Part shown: piece by piece, positions 48,829 through 59,039 of the stretch
How positions within the stretch are numbered: the first letter of the stretch is position 1
Layout: each line of letters starts with the position of its first letter
From: Callorhinchus milii
Lineage: Eukaryota
NCBI RefSeq assembly: GCF_018977255.1
Contig: NW_024704743.1
Span: forward strand, 107,820,001-107,884,000
DNA: 64,000 bases
Direction: 5' to 3'
Notes under the pieces: generated by a model
Told to the model about the DNA's origin: nothing
Database searches by the model: none
The model's input: the letters and a program-made list of their open reading frames with translations, nothing else
Position numbers and translations under genes: made by a program

Positions 48829-51199
48829 GTCTTGTTAAAGCTGTATTGCTTAGTGAGTAGCAACTAAGTCTTCACTCAGAAATAAAGCTGTTCTTTGAGA
48901 GGAGATGACAGGCAGGGAATGCCTCCAGGGTTCAGTGTTGTTTTGATATTGTGCAAAACTGCAGGAAGGGAGTATCTCCCAGTGTATTGGCCATGAATCC
49001 TCCAGATAAATCTGGTCATTCACTGCATAGCTGTTTGAGGCACATTGAAGAGTGCAAATTGGCAGCTGCGTTCACCTACAAGTATACAGTCAATGCACTT
49101 GATAGCAATTACCTGTCAATATGTTTCAGCAACCGAAGTAGAGTACACCAAAATTATTCACAGTATAAGAGGAAAATAATTTTCTGCCAGCTTCAGGCTG
49201 GCTTAAGCTTATTTTCTGTGCACCGGTCAAGTTAGGCTTTAAAAAAAATGGCTTACAAAATACAGTCAATGCACTTTACAGTAAATCCTGTGAAGTGTTT
49301 TGTGGGACGTCCTTCTAATGTGAAAGATGCTATATCAAATACAAGGATTAATGGTCAACAGCTCGGTTAACCCTTTGTTTGCCTTTCTTGGCGTGGAGGC
49401 GAGCAAGATTTCCCTTCTCTACTCTGAACACAACATGAGGCTGCCCTGCTGAGCCTATAACTTACTGTCATTGTTTGCACTACAGATGAATGAATCATCT
49501 CCTGAGGGAGCTTCAGCCACTCTTTAACTGTTGTAAAAAGAAATTAAAAACATTCAGCGAAGCATTGAATACATTATAAATTTTGTCCTCCAGCAACTTT
49601 TAACTTTCAGAAGATGATGAGATGCAGTAAAACAGTCACAGAAAGTGCTCTACAGAATAAGACAAACTTATTAATGAGTTCTCAGTTCTGCTGTAACAGG
49701 CAGTTGAAGCAATCCAGCATTGATATTGGACTCCTATGCTTACTATAGTCACTAATGACTGAGCCTCTGATAGTTTTACAATTAGAACAATGTACTTCAA
49801 AAGCAATCACAGGTTATTAATTTTCAAAATATTGGGATGAGAATTGTGACCCGTTATGTGCTTGTGTTAATTAACACTGATGTGAGGCAGAAAGAAAACA
49901 ACACATCCTAATGATGCACACACTTGACAAAACTGAAAAGCATAAGCAACCTGTTCTGAATGAAAATATCAATTAAAATAGTGGGGACTTGCTTGGGAGG
50001 ACTGTTTGTACACAGTTCTCATAAGCCACAAGATTGACATGCATCGGGAACTTGCTATCCTTGAAGAGGGATGAGAATGACAGAGTACACACAAAGTAAT
50101 AAGACTTAAGCCCATATCCATCTTTACTGGCAGTCCAATGGCAGAATCCACAAACTTTCAGTTCAGTATATGCTTTGGTCAGCCACTGATTCGACCATTA
50201 TATCAGACAGGAGGAGGGGAGGACACACACACAGACCAGATGATAAATTAAGGCATCTTCTTAGTGAAGAGCAGATTGGCAGCTACAGACAGGAAGCCTA
50301 GATGTGAACATTGATATTGTTGATACAATTATAACTTACATTTATATAGCACCTTTCACATTGGGAGAACATTTCAAAGCAGTTACTAGTGGTACAGGGT
50401 TTGTTGGTATAGATACCTTCTTGTGTTGGTTGGTGTTTAGCCTTCCCTGAAGCTCGCCAGCAGCCTTTAATAGTTGGAAATTACTTTGCACATTGACTTT
50501 TCCCCTAAATTGGTCTTTGTTTTCTCTGGTTTTCTGCGGGGAGGGGAGTTTGGAAGGGAGAGGGGCTTGGAACTGGTGTCCAGTCCAAGAACAGGGGAGA
50601 AGTGTAGATAGAGTACTGGGTTGGAGGTGGAATGGAGGAATTATCCTGTGAGTGGCCTGGATGGGCCTCAGACTTTTTCCTGTCTTTGGTTCTAGACTCT
50701 GTGTGAGTCATTGAGAGAGCAGGGAATATAAGGATATGGAAAGGAGAGAATGGAGATTCATGTTGAGTTTAAGCCCCATCACAAACTAGTGCTGTTTCCG
50801 TGCTGTAAATTCTATGTAAATCTATGTAAACTCTCACTCTTTTATTTCTAAATTGCTGTTTTCATTCATTTTTTGTTAAAAGAGAAGATTTGGGGCTTTA
50901 TCAAATATCAAACATTAGGATATTTTGTTTGACATAAATGCTCTTCCAAGGGCATTGCTTACACATCTCGGTGTGACTCTATGCTAATTTTGTTGCAGTT
51001 CCTATGCGTTCAATAGTGGTATTAAAAAATTAGTTGCTTGCTTGATTAATCCAGTTACACAGCGTAACATCAATTTAGTAGATGATTCAAATATCTCCCA
51101 TTGACCTTTATGCTTGATAAAATTGTTGGGTGTTACATCACTATGACAACACTTTATTTAGCTTCTCCTTTTTTAATATTTGTAAAATGCTTACCATAT

Positions 51200-51450
51200 T
51201 TTAAGAAAATATCCCAACCAAATGTCCCGCAAAATGAATGAGCAATTTATCTGGAGGATTGTTGGCCAGGGCACCGAATCATGCCATGGGATCATTTCCA
51301 TGTCATTCTGAAGGATGGCACCTTTTGACAATGTAGTGTCCCCAGAACTATATTGGAATGAAAGCCCAATTTGTTAGCTCCAGAATCCCAACATGGGGTT
51401 TCAACTCACAATCTTCTGCTTCCTCAGAGACAAGAGTGCTACACACTGAA
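51200..51450 (-). mobile_element. SacSINE1/DeuSINE-like SINE fragment
   Basis: atctggaggattgttggccagg...tgccatgggatc...head remnant. Confidence 0.65.
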
Positions 51451-51499
51451 TTACAATGATCAATGTTTTTAAGATGAGTTTAAGGTTTCAGATCACAAG

Positions 51500-51890
51500 T
51501 TTAAAATCTGTCAGTCGCTTGACGTGTTGTGTCCCAAACTATAAACTGTATCCTGAGATATTATTTTCTAGCAGAAATCTATCTGATTTGCTCTTGAAAC
51601 AATTGATATTCTCTGCTTCCACTGTCTCCCTAGGGAGCCTGTTCCATAAATTTACCACTCGCTCACTGAAATAGCGTTTCCGCAGATTTGTTCTGAACTT
51701 AACCCCTTCAATCTCAGGATGTGTCCTCTGGTTCTACTGTTCATCCACAAGATGAAACGGCTTATCATGGTCTACATATTATCTATTTCCTTCAGAATCT
51801 TAAAGACCGCAATCATATCGCCCCTCAACCTTCTCTTCTCCAGTGTGAACATGCCCAGTTTATCTAATCGCTCTCCTCCATTCCTCAATC
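51500..51890 (-). mobile_element. CR1 LINE 3' fragment
   Basis: Minus strand RLDKLGMFTLEKRRLRGDMIAVFKILK, TRGH.L, FSERVVNLWNRLP. Confidence 0.85.
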
Positions 51891-52039
51891 ATTTTGGTTC
51901 AGCCTCTGTATGTTTCTTACTGATATGAATGTTCACAACTTTCCCTGCATCATGTTAAAGTACGTATATATTTTGTGGAATATTTTGTGGAAGGCAACAA
52001 CAGGGTAACAGAGATTTGAAAACTCTAATAGTTACAGCC

Positions 52040-52232
52040 GATAAAAACAATGTTTAAAATTTTAAATTGTGCAATTCTTGAATAGTCTTAAACTTGGTCC
52101 TAATTTGAATACCAGAGTTGCAGAAAAACAGCTTCCAGATTAAAATTGAGTTCAAGAATTTTTCAAAATTGTGAAAGATCTTACAATTTGAGACATGGTC
52201 TTAAAACTAAGACCTTGAGAAATTTTAAGCCT
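52040..52232. mobile_element. Second, more degenerate copy of the 19030-19237 MITE-like family
   Basis: aaaacagcttccagattaaaattgagttcaagaattttt matches the internal arms of the 19 kb element. Confidence 0.5.
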
Positions 52233-52538
52233 CAGAAGCACTATTGTTGAGATCACCTCATACAAGGAAAAAGAGCGAATTTAAATATAAGAGAAAAACA
52301 ACAACAACCAACAACAACAAATTACATTTGTATAGCGCAGTCTGAAGTTTATATTATCTGAGATCTTGGTGTCGTAAAGGGATTGAAAACACAAATTGGC
52401 AAATTGGCTTCCGAGTTTGCTTACAAAATACAGTGATTACTTTTACAGTGAATCCCCACAAAGCGCTTTGATATGTGTGGAAGGCACTATATCCCATACA
52501 AAGATTATTTATTCAACCTATTTATGATTTTGATCTAG

Positions 52539-52704
52539 GAACACGTTAGCTTGTCCTGATGTAAACAGGAGATGTGCTTGCTTGATGAATCACCTTTGAT
52601 GAACAATAATTGTAACTGAAATTGGGAAATTCGAGAGTGGTATAAGAAATCTGCTGTTAAGACTGGTTTCTCGTGGGAAATCATTCTGCTGTATTTTATA
52701 CATG
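52539..52704 (+). other. Candidate 166-nt exon (stops in all three frames)
   Basis: tatttatgattttgatctag| acceptor; strong donor ATG|gtgagt. Confidence 0.3.
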
Positions 52705-52939
52705 GTGAGTAGTGCAATTCATATGCATTCTATTCTGTAAGTTTTGCCTCATTGCATGTAGAAATACCTGGTGTTAAGAAAGAAATAATTAGTGTTTTTA
52801 CAGCACCTCATCTCATTGCAATATTTTAAAGAGCATCACAGGTTATTACTGTTAAGGGTAGTGACTGCTGATATAGGCAAACGTGGATGCCATTTGCACC
52901 AGTAAGCTCCTACAACACTCATGAAGTAAATCCCGGAAT

Positions 52940-54292
52940 GAGTTGTTGCTTCCCAGCTTCGCTCCTTCCTCTCCTGCCACTCCCTTCATGAACCCCTCCA
53001 ATCGGGTTTCCGTGCCACCCACAGCACAGAAAACAGCTCTGGTGAAAGTGACAAATGGCATTCTGTCCATCTGCGACCAGGGTTCCCTCTGCCTCATTGT
53101 CCTCCTTGATGCCTCTGCTGCCTTGACACCATTGACCACTCTATCCTCATCCACCACCTCTCCTCTCACCTCAACCTTCACGGCTATATCCTTGGCTGGT
53201 TCAGATCATATCTCTCACACCCCCTCCACTTCATCTCCTCTAGCTCCTGCACCATCTCGTGTGGCATTCCTCAGGGCAGTCCTTGGTCCCCTCCTCTTCA
53301 ATATCATATGCTCCCTCTTGGTGACATCATCCGCAGATATGGGGTCAACTTCCGCATGTATGCGTATGACATCCAACTGTAACTCTCTGCCTCCACCCTT
53401 GACTCCAGGACCACTGCTGTCCTGACAGAATGTCTGTCAGGCATTTAGTCCTGGATGAGAGCTAACTTTCTTGAGTTGAACGTCAACAAGACCGAGGCTC
53501 TACTGATTGGCTCCTGTCAGCGCCTCCACACCTCAGGCGCTGACAGCATCACACCCCAACTTACTAAGCCAGTCCGGAATCTTGGCATCTTATTTGACCC
53601 TCAACTATCCTTTCTACCCCACATCCATGTCATGACCCGCTCTGCCTTCCCCCACCTCCGGAACATCGCCCGGCTCCACCACTGTCTCACACTACAAGCC
53701 GCCGAAATCCTCATACACACATTGATTACATCGAGGCTCAACTATGCAAACTCCCTGCTTGTCGGCCTTCCCAGCTCCTCCCTCCATAGGCTGCAGATCA
53801 TCCAGAACTTTGCAGCCCGTGTCCTCTTCCGCACCAGGCTCCGTAACTCTCTCACACCCATCCTCACCCGACTTCACTGGCTTCCCATCACACAGAGGAT
53901 ACAGTTCAAGATCCTGGTCCTCTCCTTCAAAGCCCTCCATGGTCTTGCTCCCCACTACCTCTGCAACCTCCTAACCCCCTACCATTCTGCCCGCATCCTC
54001 CGCTCAGAGGGCTCTGACCTGCTTCATGTTCCCTACCTCGCCTGCCCCTCCATTGGCGGTTGGGCCTACTGCCACTCTGACCCCACCCTCTGGAACTCCA
54101 TCCCGCAGCCTCCCTTGCTCCTTCAAGACCCTTCTCTTCGACCATGCTTTCCTCGATCTCCCTGCTTCCTCCCCTGGCCTCTACCCTCCCCAATCCCAAC
54201 CCCCAGCTTGGGTTCGAAACTCTGACTGTCCAGCGCCTTGGGATGTCCTCCCGACGTGAAAGGTGCAAAACAAATGTGTTTTTGTTGTTGTA
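52940..54292 (+). mobile_element. 5'-truncated, inactivated L2 LINE (RT to 3' end)
   Basis: TALVKVTN, LLDASAA, VLGPLLFN, catalytic YADD changed to YAYD; 256-aa open stretch 53455-54225 (LNVNKTE, LHWLPITQRIQFK, PTLWNSIPQ); stem-loop and (TTG)n tail. Confidence 0.93.
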
Positions 54293-54564
54293 AATAATCA
54301 ATTAATCTGGAGGATTGTTGATCAGGACTGAAACTCCTTTCTGTTTTCGATGAGCATCATGACATCTTTAACAACAACAGCAACTATGGTACAGGATGCT
54401 CATTTAATTTCCTATTTACCTTTCACTGAGATTATGTCAGAATTCCACTTTGAATTACCACCAATATTTATGCAGCCCCACTAGTAGCAGTGTTGCTGTT
54501 TGGATATAAATCCTAGATACAGACTACAATGTGTGAATTTGTTTTAATACAGTTTTTGTCTCAG

Positions 54565-54895
54565 CATTTCACTGCTGCAGTGCCTGACCTGAGTGGTGTG
54601 TGTGTGTATGTGTCTGGTTTGGTGTCACAGGCTATTCAATTACAGGGAGCATCGAAGCTGAGACGGATCTGGTCCTCAGCCAAAATCCACATAGACGCAA
54701 CTCCCAGCTGGGGATCTGGGCTATCTGGAGTGGGAGCACCAGCTGATTTTCCTTTCCTTAACCAAAGCATTATGGTGCTAATTGTAGTTTGCACGTTCTT
54801 TCCTCAGCTTAGATCAGCTAAGTAAGCATAGACTCGGATCCTGTCTGTGTGGCCCAGAGCTATATTGGGTTGTATCTGTACCAAAGAGGTCATCA
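54565..54895 (-). mobile_element. Ancient AmnSINE2-like SINE
   Basis: Antisense core caggctattcaa...gctgattttcc...cttagatcagctaagtaagcatagac. Confidence 0.6.
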
Positions 54896-55729
54896 GAGTA
54901 GATTTGAAGAAAGATTTGTTTCACAAACACATCTTACCCTGAAACACAGCATACTGCAGCAATGTGACCCAACTGGACCAACGTGTTACCTTTGCAACTT
55001 GACATTTAGTGAAAATAATACTTGAATTACTATGCTGAAAGGTCTTAAAGTACTTTATACCATGAGTTAATTTCAGGTGTAGTGACTGTTGATATGCAGT
55101 TAAAAGCAACATCCCACGAGCACCAATGAGATGAATGACCAGATGTACTTTTTGAGGGAGGTGAGTTTGCATTATAAAATATAATACAACCTACATTTAT
55201 ATAGTGACTTTTCATGTCAGGAGGGTGTCCCAAAACACATAAATGTAGGAACAATGGCCAGGCCACCAGGGAGATTTATTTGTAAGTTAGCGGTTGAACA
55301 TCATGAGAATAAACAATGCGACAGTTTTTAAAACTGAGCTTCACCCACTGCAAAGAATATACATAATTGCTTATATTTTATATGCTACCCAAGATGAACG
55401 ATAACACAATATGATGCATTCTCTTCAGTTTATTACAGGTCATTGAACAAAAATGTCATTCTCGTCCTATGACTCATTCCTCCAGTATCTTCTATTATGA
55501 GCTGAACCTGCCTCATGAATTAAATTCTTTATCTCCACTAAGGCACTTTGAAGCTGCCGGATACTGAGCTGTTGAGAGTGTGTTGGAAGCTATCTGGCTC
55601 AGGACACCCTCACACAGTTTATCTCGGTAGCAGTCAGGCTGAAAGCCTGACGACTGCATGGTTAAACTGTTTGATTCATTACTGCACCAAGCTGATAGCA
55701 GTAACAATCATGCTGCTATGATAATAAAG

Positions 55730-56125
55730 AAATAAATGATCCTTGCATTTGATATAGTGCCTATAATGTTGAAACGTATTAAAGTGCTTCACAGGTAATT
55801 GCTGCAAGTGTAGTGACTGTGTATTTGTAGGCAGACACAGCAGCCAATTTGTGCAAAGCAATGTTCCACAAAGAGCCATGAAGTGAATGACCAATTAATC
55901 TGGATAATTGTTTGCTAGAACACCAGAAGAAAACTCCTGTCTCTTTCAAACAGTGTTGTGGTATCTTTAACATCCACCTGAAAAGTCACATTAGAGTAGA
56001 CCTTGATTTAACATCTCATCTGAAGGGCAACACTGCTGACAATGCAGTGCTCCTCCAGTATTACACTACAGCAGCAGTCCAGACAGTCAATTCCAAGTCC
56101 CAATGTGGGTCAAGAGGGCACAAGT
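55730..56125 (-). mobile_element. SacSINE1/DeuSINE-like SINE
   Basis: Antisense tail, cagccaatttgtgcaaagcaatgttccacaa, atctttaacatccacctgaa, tttaacatctcatctgaagg. Confidence 0.8.
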
Positions 56126-57489
56126 TGAGGTTTGTGAAAAGTATACCTCAGACACACTAAAAACTATTTCTTTACACAGAGGCTAATTAAGAGTTGGATC
56201 AGATTTCTTTCCAGGAAACTGGACTTGTGTAAGAAACAGCTTGTGATGAATTTGGTACTGTGGAAGGATGAGATCAAATAGACCAAAGGCTTTTCTTTAT
56301 TTGAACCTCTGTTCAGTCATGTTAACAAACATTCTACCAGTCCATGGTTCAGTACATTGGCACACAACACAAAGTGCTGCCTCACTGTGCTTCCCAGAAA
56401 GTAACACTTTTACATTTGACACATTAAAGTGTAGATGAACAGCAGAATCTCTTGCATTTGTGCCTCTGTGCTGATTAGCACATTGTACAGGCAGCTTTGA
56501 ACAAACCAATACACATTAATGATCATTACTTTGCAGCTATGAAGCTGACAGAGGGCATACTGAAAGGGTCCCTTTAAACTTATTACTCCGTAAATAGTAA
56601 TTTGGTAATAAATGTTAATAATAATTTCCTCTTGCCGCTGATCCTATCGTAGTATGTTGCTCCACGGGTGATCCTATTTCTCTGATTTGCTGGCTCCAAT
56701 TTACATGGAAATTAGATAATTTAAAGGGAGAACATGCAGTTTACAATTGATCTCATGAAATCAATAGACCACGTATTCAGTTTGTGGGAGGACATAAATG
56801 AGAGCTCAAGTAGCTTAATTGTCTAAAGTCAGAGGGTTTCATCACTATAGCTACTGTGTATTGAAATGCCTCGATGTCAGGATAACATTACATTAATCAT
56901 CAAAAAATGTATAATGCTTGGAAGATATTAACTGAGAAATGTATATAGTATATAAGAAAATACACGCATTGGTATGATTAAAAGGATTTTAAGAGACTTT
57001 TTTTTGGATGCCAATTAAAGTACTTCCTTCCTTTACCTATAGCCTATATTCACCTGCAGCCTGCACAGAAAAAGAGCTAACGTTTCATCCTGATGCCTTG
57101 GCACAAATACAGTACTGGTGCTGCTGGATCTGCATGTTGCACCTTTCAAAACAAAAGACAGTATGGACATGAGCAAAGTGAACCTGGAACATCAAACCTG
57201 CTGCTTCCAGAGATTGCACAGTAGTGACTATTGTGAACACCACCCACCAAGTGACAACTTTCTCTACATTGACCTGTCTCTCTCCCAACCTTCCCCCCCT
57301 TTCCCCCATGGGACACTATTGAGTCTCTGCTTGGCATTATTTCAAAGCAATGTGTGGGAAACTAGGAGCTAAATGTAGAGGAATGACAGGCATGAATGTA
57401 TATCACACCACTGGGCGATGCCCTATGTTGGTACTTTATTTCCTGCACTACCATTGCACTTCATTCTGCTCAGACACACATAAGATCTC

Positions 57490-57623
57490 AAAATGCAAAG
57501 TACCGGAGATGCTGGAAATCTGGAATAAACACAGAAGTTGCTGGGAACCCACAGGAGGTCAGGCAGCATCCATGGAGAGAGGAAACGGAGTTAAAGTTTC
57601 AGGTCAATGACCTTTCATCAGAA
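57490..57623 (-). mobile_element. Penelope-like terminal remnant with hammerhead-ribozyme core
   Basis: Minus strand CTGATGA-a-aggtc-att-gacct-GAAAC-tttaactccgtttcctctctccatggatgctgcctgacc...ccagatttccagcatct. Confidence 0.7.
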
Positions 57624-57767
57624 AATCTCAACAGCCCGGAGAGATATCTTTTCACCCTACCAGTCTGGACTGGAATCAAACTCAGGCCCTAGTAGGGAAG
57701 AAATACGGCAATGTCTGTTTTTAGGTTCACCTTGGTTTTAATAAAACAATCAAATTATTAAACAATA

Positions 57768-58093
57768 GTGGAGTCCTGAAGCTCAGTGGTTAGAGCACTC
57801 GCCTCACAAGTGATAGACCTGGGTTTGACTCCCGGCAGGGCAAAATCTTGAGTAAGTTTCCTTACTCCACATGCCTGATAATAATCCCTCAAGAAAAAAA
57901 GCAACAAAAAAACTCAATAATAATTTGGTCACTCAATCCATGACTGTTTGTGGGACACGGCTGTGCGCAATTGGCTGCCGCATTTCATCCACAAAATACA
58001 CAGTCAATTCACTTTTCAGGAAATTTTGTGAAGCACTTTGTAACGTCTCGAAGACGTGAAAAGCTCTATATCAAATGCATGGATTATTATTAT
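57768..58093 (+). mobile_element. Young tRNA-derived SINE, full length, short form
   Basis: gtggagtcctgaagctcagtggttagagcactcgcctcacaagtgatagacctggg through to the (TAT)n tail. Confidence 0.9.
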
Positions 58094-58890
58094 AAATTGA
58101 CTCAGCTCATTTTGTCTGTGCAAATGCAGGAGCATACTTTCTTAAACAAAATCTCTGTAAAATACTTATCCTTTGAAAAGTTTAAATTGCATTGCAGCAA
58201 AAAAGACAGAGTTTGTGTCAGGTGGAAATAGAAAGGTGTGAAATGTCACCCAGCAGGAGTGCTATTGTTACTCTTTTGTTTGTTTAGTGCCGACACTTAA
58301 CCTTTTGACTGGGAGCTGAAATACACAATTATGTAATTATCATTCATTAATCCATTGCTGGGTAAGGCACCATGCATGGTATATAAATGAAGTGTCCAAG
58401 GTTAGCACTTCATCAATCTCTTTGTAATGAGCACCACAATAAATCAGTTTGTGGAGCGGGCAGTAAGACAATGAAGGATCGAAATTCTGTCCAAACATTT
58501 GTAGAGTTAACTCTAAGAGTAAAATACCATAACCCATATTAAAATACTAGCAAAATTCATAGGACTTTTTTTTCAGTGATTGCAATTTCAGATTATCAAT
58601 TATATTTGTAGGTGAGCTGCAGATCAGCATAATTTTACTCTTTGAAATCTGTCTGACTGCTTTCAGATTACAATTTATTTATTGGTGTTAACTGTTCACT
58701 GGCTCCCCATCACTCAGAGGATACAGTTCAAGGTCCCGATCCTTACCTTCAAAGCCCTCCACGGCCTTGTCCCTGTGACTTCCTAACCCCCCACCATCCT
58801 GACGTAATTTGTTATTGTTGTTTTTGTTGATGTAAACAGGCTGGTGGAGAAAGAATTAATATGATATCAAAAATATTTCTTTCTTTTAAG

Positions 58891-58929
58891 TTACTTCTGC
58901 TCTCACCCAAAAAAATCTCCGATACAAAA
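58891..58929 (+). other. Candidate 39-nt exon
   Basis: atttctttcttttaag|TTACTT...TACAAAA|gtaagt; open in all three phases. Confidence 0.35.
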
Positions 58930-59039
58930 GTAAGTATTGCATGTAGATGTTGCATCATCTTATATGAGATCTTCCTCTGCCCAGATATCTTTTTGCTGTG
59001 GTTATCCACTTGTCCTCTGGAACCTACTTCATTGTTTTT

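Noticed and set aside
49972..50190. About 70 stop-free codons on the minus strand (LTKAYTELKVCGFCHW...)
   Set aside because: No early ATG, weak splice sites and no recognisable homology; within chance expectation
3700..51992. Short local direct duplications of 12-21 bp (3702, 19055, 43011, 43182, 44014, 51968)
   Set aside because: Ordinary slippage or repair duplications with no shared sequence or spacing
53455..54225. Longest ORF (256 aa) as a host or domesticated gene
   Set aside because: It is the C-terminal part of L2 ORF2 in a truncated copy with upstream frameshifts and a mutated YADD
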